A stretch of DNA of 64,000 nucleotides from Felis catus (Eukaryota). The first letter of the stretch is position 1; the number at the start of each line of letters is the position of its first letter. The stretch covers positions 9,674,001-9,738,000 of the forward strand of contig NC_058369.1 in assembly GCF_018350175.1 (NCBI RefSeq). Direction: 5' to 3'. Under the pieces are notes generated by a model. It made no database searches. It was given only the letters and a program-made list of their open reading frames with translations, and had not been told where the DNA came from. The position numbers were made by a program, and so were the translations under genes. Positions 1-13,279 of the stretch are shown here, piece after piece.

Positions 1-60
1 GAAAAGCTATTGGAGAAACCAGAAACGGAGATTCCTCGCGCTATTAAAAATAGAACCACT

Positions 61-227
61 GGGGCGCCTGGGGGGCTCAGTGGGTTGAGCGTCAGGCTCT
101 CGGTTTCCGCTCCGGTCATGATTTCACGGTTCGTGAGTTCGAGCCCCACATCGGGCTCGGAGCTGACAGTGCGGAGCCTGCTTGGGGGGGTCTCTCTGTC
201 CCTCTCTCTCTGCCCCTCCCCTGCTCC

Positions 228-266
<39 letters not shown>

Positions 267-1311
267 CTTCTCTCATAAATAAATACATAAATAGATAGAT
301 AGATAAAATAGAACTACCATAGAACTACCTATCTGTACCCTCATGTCCATTGTAGGGTTGTTCACAATAGCCAGGACTTGAAAACAACTGAAATGTCCAT
401 CCGCAGATGAGTTTTTTGAGGAACGCCCACCTAGATTTGTGTGTCCAGGCAAGCACTGTCTCTAAAAAGCTCCATAAGCAGGGGCACCTGGATGGCTCCG
501 TTGATTAAGCGTCTGACTTCGGCTCAAGTCATGATCTCACAGTCTGTGGGTTCGAGCCCCGCGCCGGGCTCTGTGCTGACAGCTCGGAGCCTGGAGCCTG
601 CTTCGGAGTCTGCGTCTCCCTCTCTCTCTGGCCCTCCCCCACTCACACTGTGTGTCTGTCTCTCTCAGAAATAAAGAAAAATTAAAAAAAAAAAAATGTT
701 TAGATCTCTGTGAGTGACGTGGATACGCAGCCAGGGAATCTCCCTGTCACTTGAGGGTATACTCCTGCCTCTGGGAGGGGCATTCCTAGAGGAGTGCACT
801 GGGCTCCTGCCCCTTTGGGGAGATACATGCTGACATTGAACCCCATCAGTGAAAAGCGGACAGGGCTTACCATGCAAACATGAGGGGTCGGAGAAAACAG
901 TGGGTGAGGGATTCAAGCTTTACCCAAAAGAAGACCTCTCCCTCGAATGCGTCCTTGATGCAGAACAGCTATTTTGATGGGCTTTTTAAAAAAAAAATGG
1001 AATCGAGGGGCGCCTGCGTGGCTCAGTCTGTTGAACGTTGGACTCTTGATTTCAGCTCAGGTCACGATCCCAGGGTCATGGGATTGAGCCCCATGTCAGA
1101 CCCCATGCTGGACACAGAGCCTGCCTATGATTTTCTCTCCCTCCCTCTGCCCCTCTCCCCTGCTCACATGCTCTCTCTCTCTCTCACTCTCTCTCTCAAT
1201 TTAAAAAATATAAAGTTTTAAAAATGGAATTGAGAAGTACGAGTGAGAATTGCCATGTTTTGCCCACTGCAGCATATCCTGGGTCAAATTGTGTACCTCC
1301 CTAGGAAAAAA

Positions 1312-1347
<36 letters not shown>

Positions 1348-2045
1348 TGGAGTCCTAACTCCCCAGAACCTCAGAATGGAATCTTAATTTGGAAATGGGG
1401 CGCCTGGGTGGCGCAGTCGGTTAAGCGTCCGACTTCAGCCAGGTCACGATCTCGCAGTCTGGGAGTTCGAGCCCCGCGTCGGGCTCTGGGCTGATGATGG
1501 CTCAGAGCCTGGAGCCTGTTTCCGATTCTGTGTCTCCCTCTCTCTCTGCCCCTCCCCTGTTCATGCTCTGTCTCTCTCTGTCCCAAAAATAAATAAACGT
1601 TGGAAATAGGGTTGGGGTTGGGGCTCCTGGGTTGCTGAGTCAGTTAAGCATCCAACTTCAGCTCAGGTCATGATCTCATGGTTCAGGAATTTGAGCCCCA
1701 AGTCGGGCTCTGTGCTGACAGCTCAGAGCCTGGAGCCTGCTTCGGATTCTGTGTCTCCCTCTCTCTCTGCCCCTCCTTCGCTCACGCTCTGTCTCTGTCT
1801 CTGTCTCTCTCTCTCAAAAATAAAAACATCAAAAAAAATTATTTTTTAAGTTTATGTATTTATTTTGAGAGAGAGAGAGCGTGTGAGTGGGGGGAGAGAC
1901 AGAAAGATGGGGAGAACGAGAGAGAATCCCAAGCTGAGAGGGTGGAGCCCGAAGCGGGGTTCGATCCCACAAACGGTGGGATCATGACCTGAGCTGAAAC
2001 CAAGAGCCAGACGCTTCACGGACTGAGCTGCCCAAGTGCCCCAAT
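61..2045. mobile_element. Cluster of six CanSINEs (+ at ~61, 481, 1007, 1397, 1620; - at ~1845-2045) among old L1/MaLR fragments
   Basis: ggggc(g/a)cctgggtggctcag head, gttcgagccc B-box, (CT)n tract, aaataaa tail; TSD aaaaatggaat(c/t)ga around the 1007 copy. Confidence 0.92.
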
Positions 2046-3095
2046 AGTGTGAACAAATTAAAAATAGCCACTCTAGTGTATCGAGCACTCTGATTGGGTA
2101 TTCCGCTTAGACGTCCGGCTGCCGAATATCACCCCTCTGCCCTGTACCCACATTTAATCCAATAATAGGAATTCCCGCGATTTCCCGAAGGCACGTTTTG
2201 TCTCTGGGTCATCTGGAGCCGGCCACGGTTTTCCGATGCTGTTCCTTTGGCTTTGCCCATGATAAATCACTGTGGGTTTAGCTTGCTATTGTCAATGTAA
2301 TTTGCCGTGGGGTGTTTGGCAAATCCGACAGGGCTTAATAACACTCATTTGCAGCAGCAACACTTTTGGCCTGTAATTTTTCAATAAGCAGCCTTGAAGT
2401 CATGTACGCATTGAGGGAAAATAGGGAATCATCTATACGTGTGTTGCGAAAGCCGATGTACCCACAATTCCCCAGCTTTGAGGACGACACTCCCGCTGTT
2501 TTCCATTGGAAAGTGGGAAGGGGTGGGGTCTTCATTCCCCACCCCCCCCAGTTGTGTCGGGGACAATAAAACATTAGAGCTAATGGCTTAGGGGGCTTTG
2601 TGCACACCAGTTTTAACTTGCTGCAGAGTTTCGGTGGCAGAACAGTGGAGTCTGTATTTGAACAACTGGTCTGACGTTGTGCAAGGACCGAAAGCTGGCA
2701 GGGGCTGGCAAACTCCCGTAGCGGACCAGGTGGTGAATCCTTTTGGGGCTTCTTGGGAGTCGACGTGGCAGCTGGGGAAATGTGGCACAAAAGCAGCCAC
2801 GGACCGTATGTACGTGAGTTCGATGAAACTTTGTGCGCGCCCATAAAACTTTCATTACAAACACAGGCAGCCAGCAAATCCGGTGGAGGAGTTTGGACTT
2901 CCTTCTGCTGAACCCTTGAGGATGCTGTAAGTGTGAATTTCGGTTCCCGATGTAGCTACCTAAGAGAATGTGTAATTCTCTTTTTTTTTTTGTAACAATT
3001 TCATTGCCAGTTCAACCCCCCCCCCCCCACGTGGGCCGGTGGAAACTTCATCCCAGTTCATTTGGGTACATCTAATCAAAGATCCAGGAGGATCA

Positions 3096-3330
3096 GGGGC
3101 GCCTGGGTGGCTCAGTCAGGTAAGCCATCTGAAGTCAGTCAGCTCAGGTCATGATCTCGCGGTTTGTGAGTTCAAGCCCTGCCACGGGCTCTGTGCTGAT
3201 GGCTCAGAGCCTGGAGTTGGCTTCGGATTCTGTGTCTCCCTCTCTCTGCTCCTCCCCTGCTCGCTCGCTCTCTCTCTCTCATACATAAATAACATTAAAA
3301 AAACCTTTTTGAATTAAAAAAAAAAAAAGA
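3096..3330 (+). mobile_element. CanSINE with TSD
   Basis: TSD aaagatcca(g/a)gaggatca at 3078-3095 and 3326-3343. Confidence 0.92.
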
Positions 3331-3344
3331 TCCAAGAGGATCAA

Positions 3345-3700
3345 GTGGAGAAAATAGAGGAAAGGCCAAACTTAGAGATAAGAACTGCAAATTGTTGAAA
3401 GCTTATGAAAAACATTAAGTCTACTGGTTCAAGAAACATCACATACCCCGAGTGGGATAAATACAAATAAACGTACGCCTACGCGCGTCTTGGTGAAACC
3501 GTAAACACCAAAGACAGAGAGACGGTTAAAGCGGCCAGAGAGAGAGTACACATCACCTACAAAGGAATGTCAGCGTTAACGGGCACACTTTCCCGTAGCA
3601 GTGATGGAAGGCACATAGCACTGAAATGGAATCATGACAGCGTTGGAGCAAAAGCCACCCCCGCCAAAGACCCTTGGCAGCTTCGGTGCAGTAAGAGCTG
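3345..3700 (+). mobile_element. Ancient L1 ORF1-region remnant
   Basis: ataaatacaaataaa...aacaccaaagacagagag...aaagcggccagagagaga...cacatcacctacaaagga resembles degenerate L1M ORF1. Confidence 0.6.
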
Positions 3701-3852
3701 AGAAGTCCGTCCCCAAGGATCGCTGGGCCCCAGCCTCCAAAAGAACAGGGCCCCCGTGGAAAGCACTAGAGAAGGCAGCAAGGCGGCTGCTGCTGGGACT
3801 CGAACAGCGGCAAACCTGTTGTCAGTAAGGCTCACTGAAACATAGTGTTTAC

Positions 3853-5529
3853 AATTTTTTTTTTAAGTTTATGTATTTATTTTGAGAAAGAGACAGAGCG
3901 TGTGAGTGGAGGGAGGGGCAGAGAGAGAGAGAGGGAGAGAGAGAGAATCCCAAGTAGGTGCAGAGCCCGACGTGGGGCTCGATCTCACGAAACGTGAGAT
4001 CATGACCTGAGCCAAGATCAAGAGTTGGACGCTTACCGACTGAGCCACCCGGGGGGCCCCTAAACTTTAAAGATTTAAAAAACATTTTTTTTTAACGTTT
4101 ATTGATTTTTGAGACAGAGAGAGATAGAGCATGAACAGGGGAGGGGCAGAGAGAGAGGCGGACACAGAATCTGAAACAGGCTCCAGGCTCTGAGCTGTCG
4201 GCACAGAGCCCAACGCGGGGCTCGAGCTCACGGACCGTGAGATCATGACCTGAGCCGAAGTCGGCCGCTTAACCGAGCGAGCCACCCAGGTGCTCCTAAA
4301 CCTTAAAGATTTTTAAGTAGGCTCCACACCCAACATGGAGCCCAATATGAGGCTCGAACTCACTTCCCTGAGATCAAGACCTGAGCTGAGATCAAGAGTC
4401 AGACACTCCACTGACTGAGCCACCCAGGTACCCCTAAACCCTAAGTTTTTTTGTTTTGGGTTTTTTTAGCTTATTTATTTTTGAGACAAAGACAGCATGA
4501 GCAGGGGAGAACCAGAGAGAGAGGGAAACACAGAATCTGAAGCAGGCTCCAGGCTCTGAGCTGTCAGCACAGGGCCCGATGCAGGGCTCGAACTCACGAA
4601 CCATGGGATCATGGCCTGAGCTGGAGTCAGATGCTTAACCGACTGAGCCACCCAGGTGCCCCTTAACTCTAAGTTTTTTTTAAACAAAGCTTGGCTCGAG
4701 TTAAGAATTAAATTAGGGTGCTTGGGTGGCTCAGTTGGCTGAGCATCTGACTCTAACTCAGGTGATGATCTCGTGGTTTGTGAGTTCGAGCCCCATGCCG
4801 GGCTCTGTGCTGACAGGTCAGAGCCTGGAGCCTGCTTCAAATTCTGTGTCTTCCTCTCTCTCTCTCTCTCTCTCTGCCCCTCCCCTGCTCTTTCTCTCTC
4901 TCTCTCAAAAATAAATAGACATTTAAAAAAATTTTTTTAAAGAACTAAATTTATTTCAGGACACCTGGGTGGCTCAGTCAGTTTAGCATCTAACTTGGGC
5001 TCAGATCATGATCTCACGGTGCGTGAGTTCAAGCCCCACATCGGGGCTCTCTGCTGTCAGCACTGAGCCTGCTTCGGATCTCCTGTCCCCCTCTCTCTCT
5101 GCCCCTCCCCAGCTCGTTCTCTCTCTCTCTCTCTCTCTCTCAAAATAAATAAATAAACTAAAAAAAAAAAAAAAGAAGAACTAAATTTATTTCCCTGAGA
5201 TATACTCTAACGCCCAGATTGTAAGTGATGTGTTATTGAGCATGGAAACAAGAAATAGAAGCAAAGAGACCCAGGGGCGCCTGGGTGGCGCAGTCGGTTA
5301 AGCGTCCGACTTCAGCCAGGTCACGATCTCGCGGTCCGTGGGTTCGAGCCCCGCGTCGGGCTCTGGGCTGACAGCTCAGAGCCTGGAGCCTGTTTCCGAT
5401 TCTGTGTCTCCCTCTCTCTCTGCCCCCTCCCCGTTCATGCTCTGTCTCTCTCTGTCCCACTCTGTCCCAAAAATAAATAAACGTTGAAAAAAAATTAAAA
5501 AAAAAAAAAAAAAGAAGCAAAGAGACCCA
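3853..5529. mobile_element. Stack of seven CanSINEs (four -, three +)
   Basis: Elements at ~3853-4060, 4085-4295, 4315-4435, 4465-4662 (-) and 4715-4940, 4958-5175, 5274-5515 (+). The last has a perfect 17-bp TSD agaagcaaagagaccca. Confidence 0.93.
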
Positions 5530-6065
5530 GGAAAACAATGGCTCAGATAAGAAAACAGGTTTTGTTCTCTCTCACCTCCGAATGCAGACGTGGGCAGGAG
5601 GTCTGACGCAGGCAAACGGTTTCATTGTACAAGGTCATCTGGGGACCAGTTCCCTCTGTCTCGTAGCTCTAACACGTCTCCGAGAGTGTCTTCATCCATC
5701 TGCCCAACCTGGCCTATCACCGCGTCTTTATTCCAGCCATCGCGAGAGGGGGTGGGGAGAAAAAGTGGAGGGCGAGAATTTCTCTTAAGGAAGGAGCACA
5801 GGAGTTTATGTATTGTTTCCACCATATTCTACTGCTGGGACCTCAGTCGCACGGCCTTGTGTAGCCACGAGAGAAGCTGGACCACCGTGTCCTTTGCCAA
5901 AACTCTGGGGAGTTCAATTACCAGAAGTATGAAGGGGGAGGGACTCCCCGGGGGTGGGTGACGATGCCTGAACGCGGGGCGGCAGGGGGGGGGGGGGCAG
6001 GGGTAAAGGAAGAGCATGCCCCGACTCACAATTGTTTGCACTAATAGTAAAATCATACCAGCCAA

Positions 6066-6716
6066 GGGGCGCCTGGGTGGCTCAGTCAGTTGAGCATCCG
6101 ACTTCGGCTCAGGTCATGATCTCGCGGTCCGTGAGTTCGAGCCCTGCGTCGGGCTCTGTGCTGACAGCTCAGAGCCTGGAGCCTGCTTCCCATTCTGTGT
6201 CTCCCTCTCTCTCTGACCCTCCCCCATTCATGCTCTGTCTCAAAAATAAATAAACATTAAAAAAAATAATTAAAAAAAAATCATACCAGCTGATGTTTAC
6301 ATATGATACGCCAGGCACTATTCTAGGTCCTTTCCTTGCAATACCCCATTTAATCCTATTATTATTATTATTATAGTTACTATTTAAAAATTTTTTTAAT
6401 TTATAATGACACCGGGGTGCCTGGGTGGCTCAGTCGGCTAAGTGTCTGACTTCGGCTCAAGTCATGATCTCACAGTCCGTGAGGTCGAGCCCCGCGTCGG
6501 GCTCTGTGCCGACAGCTCGGAGCCTGGAGCCTGCTTCGGATTCTCTGCTCCTCCTCTGCTCGCGTTCTCCTCTCCCTCAAAATAAATAAACATTTAAATT
6601 TTTTTTATTTATAACCATGCCATTTTTTTGAAGTTTATTTATTTTGAGTGAGAGAGAGGAGAGAGAGAGAGCCAGAGGGAGCACTTGAGCAGGGGAGGGG
6701 CAGAGAGAGAGGGAGA

Positions 6717-6747
<31 letters not shown>

Positions 6748-6907
6748 TCCCGGAGCTCGACTCGGACCTCAGTCTCACAAACCACGAGATCATGACCTGA
6801 GCTGAAATCAAAAGTCGGATGCTTAACTGACTGAGCCACCCAGGCACCCCTAGAGTTACTATTTTTTTTAAGATTTTTAAAAAATTCTTTTTTTTTAAGT
6901 TTATTTT

Positions 6908-6938
<31 letters not shown>

Positions 6939-7600
6939 GGCATGCACGAATGGGGAGGGGCAGAGAGAGGGAGAGAGAATATCCCAAGTAGGCTCCACAC
7001 TGTCAGCCCAGAGCCCAATGTAGGGCTCGATCTCATGAACTATGAGCTGATGACCTGAGCTGAAATCAAGAGTCGGACACTTAAACGACTGAGTCACCCG
7101 GGCATCCCTAAAAGATTTATTTTTAAGTCATCTCTACACCCATCATGGGGCTTGAACTCACAACCCCAAGATCAAGAGTCACATGCTCCACCAACTGAGC
7201 CAGCCGAGTGCCCCTATGGTGACTATTATTAATCTCATTTTATAAATGAGAAAATTAAGATATAGGAAGTCTAAGGGATGTGGCCAGTGACACACAGCTA
7301 GTAAGTGGTACAGCTGGAGTTTTAAGACGTCAGCCAAAGGGCACCTGGGTGGTTGAGCGTCGGACTCTTGGTTTCGGCTCAGGTCACGATCTCACGGTTC
7401 GGGGGTTCGGGCCCCTGAGTCAGGCTCTGTGCTGACGGTACGGAGCTTCCCTTGGGATTCTGTCTCCCTCTCTCTCTGCCCTTCTCCTGCTCGCTCTCTC
7501 TCTCTCTCTCTCTCAAAAATAAATAAATAAACATTTAAAATGCTCGCTCGCTCTCTCTCTCAAAAATAAATAAACATTTAAAAAATTAAAAAAAAATACA
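6066..7600. mobile_element. Cluster of six CanSINEs plus a MIR fragment (~7230-7330)
   Basis: Copies at ~6066 (+, TSD aaaatcataccagc), 6414 (+), 6630-6850 (-), 6890-7110 (-), 7120-7215 (-) and 7338 (+). Confidence 0.9.
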
Positions 7601-9984
7601 AGACTTCGGCCGAAAGTTTTAAGACAATCCATTTCCAAAAATGTGATTTTGCACTCACCTGCAAATTATTTGGAGGAATGCCAAGGGCATTCCCAGGACT
7701 GTGAACAAGAAAGCTCGCAAAGCACCTGATTGGCAACTTTAGTACAAAGAAGGCAAATTGCTCTTGAACACAGAACAAAAACCTTCGCCCTGCTTCATCT
7801 CTAAAGGCAAAAGCTTGCAGGGAACATACTCCGTTCGCCCATGGGATAAAGGCAGAGCAATTTCAATCTCAGGGTTTAATCTTTCTGCCAAATACGGGCT
7901 TTGTTACTAACGCCTTGGCTAGAAATCTTCAGGATCCAGAGAGCATTCCTTTCGGGTCCCTCACACCCAGATGCTGAAAGCAAATGTCTGTCCCCTGGGA
8001 ACCCTGGCAGGGAAAAGTCTGAGACCGGCCTTTGCCACTGAGCTACTTTGGGAATTAAGATCATTAAAGGCTAATAGCAGCTGTTAGGTACTTTGCAAAT
8101 GTAGCTAATCAGCCTCCTACACACGGGGAAGTGTTCTAAATACACCACAGCCGCTAAATCCCCTGGTAACTGCCGTGCTGTCCCCCCCCCCCCCGACCAA
8201 TTAGAAAGAACTGGATAAATAACTTGGCCAAACAGCAGAGACAACGATACGTCCCAACTTGTGATGTATCACAAGCGGTGTGGCAGGATTACACGTTGAA
8301 AGTCGCTCAGGACCGAGAACTATCACAGTAAAAATGATGCATGACAGAGGTTGAAATTTGTCGAGGTTTTTTCATGCTCCAAAGCCCGTGCAGAAAGTTC
8401 TGATTCAGTAATCCAGCATTCCCAGAAAGTTCCCAGGTATCGCCGCGGCTGCTAAGCCACGGGTCACGCTTTGTAGAGCAAGGATTTCAACCAGCTCATG
8501 CCCCTGCCTCCCCCTAAGAATTAGGAGCCAAGTGTCCAGATTCCCAAATTCCGGTCTCAGATCTCAAATGACCATGAATTGTCTCCCAAAAATATGTTCC
8601 CCTTTCTGTGCTCTTCCCTTCTTCTGGAAATTAGTTGGATTCATACCGTGAGGGTGTTTTGAATAGGCAAATTCTCTTTCAGGCATCAGATTTCTCCTAG
8701 GAAGGTGTCACGCTTCCAGAGAGCAGTCACCATGAAATTGTGAAATATGATGCCACTTTCCCGGGACCTTGTGACAGCTGTCTCACCCTCTGTCTTTCTC
8801 TTGCTCTCTAACCCAAAATAACATTCATTGAGGCTTTGGAAAAGGTGACACAAGGCATTCTGTGCTCATTTCAACAAGAAACATTGGCTACGTAAAGGTA
8901 GCAACACTCTCAGCCTGGAGGGATGTTATAATCAACGGCAAAACCATTTCAGCACCCAGAACTCTTGGGAAACGTATCCCTTTGGCAAAGCCAACTCCAG
9001 CTTGAAAAATCAGCACATTTGGAAAGTAAGCCAAGTTCAGCTCACAAAGGAGAGATACAACCCGTCAGCCGGCGAATGAAGATTTTTGATATTACTGCCA
9101 AGGTGCCATTCTTCGCCTGGAAAATTGGCAGAAACCGAAAAAGAATATTAACACCCAGTGCTGTTGTTGGTGAAGAGAAACGAGCATTCTAATGTACCGT
9201 GAGGGAAAGTGTATGTTAGGAATCATGTGGTCATAGGGACAGGATCCTGATTCAAAAGAGCTTAGTCATAAAGGGTTGGGGCCGGCGGCGGGGAGGGCAG
9301 CAGGTGATATATCGACTGGGGACGCTGCAAAGTCCAAAGTTGAATCCAGCTCCGAGTATGACCAGATCCAGGGCTGCCAAAGATGTCACTGGAACTCACG
9401 CTATCTCTCACATCGGTTGCGCATTGGGTAAGGACCTCCTGCCTCCCATAACCTATCCACAACAGCTATAGTAGATGGGACTGCACTTCTAGAAATGCAG
9501 TACATCCACACCCGCTTGTATGTGACTGTATAGTGCCCTCCCCCTGTGGGTGAAGTATATTTCCCCAACTCGTTGACAGTAAGCTTGATCAGATGCCTTG
9601 CTCTGGCCAATGGATGTTAGCAGATGCGAACAAAGGATTTAAATGTTCCTGCATGATTTAATTTAACTCGTGTGCTCCGTTATCTTGTTAGGAGAAGAGC
9701 ATACCCAAGGAGTCGCTTCCCCGTTTACCGGGGCCACAGAATTGACAGGCATGGAGAAGAGCGAACCCAATCCTTGGCACCAACTAGACCCAAACAATCC
9801 ACAACGTGAGGCAGAATCACCCAGCCTGTTCAAGGTTTTTGCCCATTCTGTTATTCGTTGATCCATCTTACCACTTTGTGAGAGTTCTTTATATATGCTG
9901 AATATGAGTCCTTTGAGACAAGTATATGTGGAAAAAATATCTTCTCCAAGGCCATGGCTTGACTTTGCATTCTCTCAATGGCTT

Positions 9985-10006
9985 TTTTTTTAGTTTATTT
10001 TTTGAT

Positions 10007-10040
<34 letters not shown>

Positions 10041-10195
10041 GCAGAGAGACAGAGGGAGAAAGAGAATTCCAAGCAGGCTCTGCACTGTCAGCAAGGAGCC
10101 TGGTGTGGGGCTTGAACCCACGAACCATGAGATCACGACCGGAGCCGAAATCAAGAGTCAGACACTAAACCAACTGAGCCACCCAGGCGCCCCTC
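9985..10195 (-). mobile_element. CanSINE within an old L1 fragment
   Basis: Reverse-complement SINE head ...ccacccaggcgcccc; flanks are L1-like. Confidence 0.88.
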
Positions 10196-10885
10196 AGTGG
10201 GCTTTTTTGATGAAGAAAATGTCTTAATCTTGAAGTCTAATTTGTCAATATTTTATGGTTCACGGTTTTGGGGGGTTCATTCACCTTCTTATTCCAACAA
10301 AAGCGTACGCCTTTTCATTGAAATTCACAAAGCACGTTCGAATTTTAGTTTACTTTAACTAGCAAATCTTCAAAAAATGTTAGAAGCATTTCTCAATCGT
10401 TGCCCGAAAAATGCAGAGGAAAGACATTTTCTGTGATTAATTATTTTCTGTCCTGAAAGACAGTATGAGCCCACAAATCACATTGATGTTGCCTTCCTAA
10501 AAAGGCAGTTTGGGCCACATGCATCTCCTGTCTTTTCCACTGTTCTTTTCTGAAGAACCTAATCACTATATAAGGTAAACTCCGCTTCTAAGAATAAACT
10601 GTGGTTCCCCAAACAGCCCATGTGTGCCCCCACATTTCCCAATACCCCTGGCATTTTGATTAGGATCAGACGACTAGTTTCGACCCAAGAACTGTGAGCA
10701 GAAAGGATGCGTGCCATTTCTGGACCGAGCAGTTACGAACATGTGTTTCTCTGCTGCCCAACAACCTCAGAAACCATGTGTTCCATCTGGACAGCTGCAA
10801 GACTGAACACAGGGCTGCCCAACTTACCACAGACCGCAGGGGAGGAAGAACTAAACCTTTGTTGTGTAAAGCCACTGAGATTTCA

Positions 10886-11120
10886 GGGGCGTCTGGGTGG
10901 CTCAGTCGGTTAAGCGTCCGACTTCAGCTCAGGTCATGATCTCACGGTCCATGAGTTCGAGCCCCGCGTCGGGCTCTGTGCTGACGGCTCAGAGCCTGGA
11001 GCCTGCTGCGGATTCTGTGTCTCCTCCTCTCTCTCTGCCCCTCCCCTGCTCATGCTCTGTCTCTGTCTCTCAAAAATAAATAAACATTGAAAAAAAAATT
11101 TTTTAAGCCACTGAGATTTC
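10886..11120 (+). mobile_element. CanSINE with TSD
   Basis: TSD aagccactgagatttc on both sides. Confidence 0.92.
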
Positions 11121-11512
11121 GGGAATCGCCTAGTGTAGCAGCTGACATTGCTTACTCTGCCGATTACCCAAGGAACTCCCGTTAAGAGACACCAACGGAA
11201 TCTCTGCAAGTGAAATTCATTCCCCAGCAGTCTCTGTGTCCTCCACTCTGATTACCTTTGGGGAAGTTCTGCATCACTGATTTCTTAGGTCAGATATTCC
11301 CAGAAGCAGAACTAGAGACAAGAATTCAGATGCTCTCCCAGATGACCGCGAGGGAGTGGGGGATCAGGACAGGCAAAGGGAGGAAGCCACACAAGGACGT
11401 AAAATGTCAAGTGCAGCCCTGAACGAGGACTGACCCAGTGGAGAGTTCCGGGGGGGGGGGGGGGGGGGGTTGTAAATTACACACCAGGCGAGGTAGTTTG
11501 GCTTTGGGACCC

Positions 11513-11901
11513 TGCGTTCATCTGCTAGGGCAGCTATAACAAAGTATCAGAGACTGGGGGGCTTAAACAACAGAATCTTTTTCCTCACAGTTTCGGAGGC
11601 TGGAAGTCCACGATCAAGGTGCCATCGGGGTGAAAGTCTAGCGAGGGGTCCCGTCTTGGGTTGCGGATGGCTGCCTTCTCACTGGGTGCTCACGTGACCT
11701 TTCTTCAGTGCAAACGTGAAGAGAGAGAACTCCCTGGTTTCTCCTTCTCTGCGTGTAAGGACACTAATCGTCCCTGACCAGGGCCCCACCTTTAATACCT
11801 CATTTAATCTTAATTACCTCTTAAAGACCCTGTCTCCAAATATAGTCACGTTGGGGATAGGGCTTCCACAGACGAATTTTGTGGGGACACAGTCCATAAC
11901 A
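11513..11901 (-). mobile_element. MLT1A/B-like MaLR LTR
   Basis: gctataacaaagtatcagagactggggggcttaaacaacagaa...ggaggctggaagtcca...ggggacacagtccataaca. Confidence 0.75.
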
Positions 11902-13279
11902 GACTCCTAAACCCAATAGCATGCGGCCACCCAGGATGGGGGGACGGGGTGAGATAAACTCCCAGGTTCTCTGGCCCTCCATATGAGCAGGCTGGCTCCA
12001 GTGGCCATGAGCGACCCCTGAAGGTCACAGGTGTGAGAAGCACACAGAGCAGGGGTCAAGTACTTCCTGCTGAGAAAGTAGGAATGAGAAACGAAAAACA
12101 CCTTATCAATCTCTTTTGATGGGGAAAGTACGTTTTAATCGGGTGTCACTCCACGCCAGGCTGCAGAAGTTTTCTGCTAGAGTCGAAAATTCCCAGACTT
12201 AGTCTCCCATCTCCTCTCACAGCCCGGGCAATTTGACCAAAAGAGTTCTCGGATTTTTTTTTTTTTTCTTCACAAAATCCATAATGGTGACCACAGGGCC
12301 TTGACTTCCCCCTCGTTGAGATGGTCCCAAAGTACTGCCAAGACCTGGGTGACCTCCCGGGTTGGTCCCCCCGCTTGATCGCCGAGAGCGAGCGAAAATA
12401 CGAGAAGCTTCTACCCAAAGCCCACTTGAGCATTCAAGTTGCCTTGAAAGCCAGCCAACTTCTGCGCAATAAAAAAGAATCCATTTTCTGCTTCTCTTTC
12501 TTGACCTACCCCCAGGAAGAAGCAGTGATTCAAGACTTGGGCTCCGTGGACGTCAGGGGCTGGCACCGGGTGATGAGACTCCTGTCGGCAGGCTGGCAGC
12601 CTTTGACAACGGTGGGTGCCTACAGAGAGGCTGTGACTCAGGAGGGCAGGCACCAGTCCATCATCCCCCAGAGCAGCCAAGCCAGGTGTGGTGCCGACTA
12701 CAGCAGGTGCTCCTGAGCTGGGAAAAAAAAAAACAAAAAAAAAAACCCTACAGTTTTCTTCCAGTTGAAGTTGTGTTTAGTGAAGAAATTGTTCAGCCTT
12801 TTACAGATAACGACAGCCTTGACATTTTCCAAGTGGGGTCAGAAAATGGAAATTCTTGGATGGTGTCAGTGGGTGGGCACATAATGGGTGTGCATTTGGT
12901 TCCGCACTCAGAAACGTCTGCGGGTCCCTCCAGTGGCATGCTGGGGGGATGTGGGGGGCTGCCAACCCCTCCTCGACCCACTTCAAAATATAAAAGGAAC
13001 GGTTTAGCGATTCCGAGCTGAGAGCAAGGGTAGTTCTTTAGTTTTCTCTCCCCGCTTCGAGTCACAAATCAACTCAACCATTTCTAGGACACAGAGTTCT
13101 ACCGGGGGTTCTGGTCTACGTGCTACGGGAGACATCAAGACAACGTCTTGTGTTGGGGCAATGCCAACTCTTTGTAGAGTTTTTGCCTTTCCAAATTGTG
13201 CTTTCTTCATATACGCGCGCACACACACACACACACACTCACACGACTAAGTTCAGGCTGGATAGTCTACTTTGAGAGT

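Noticed and set aside
3853..5195. Repeat-spacer-like pattern resembling a CRISPR array
   Set aside because: Eukaryotic context; the 'spacers' are SINE bodies and the 'repeats' are degenerate target-site duplications; no cas genes.
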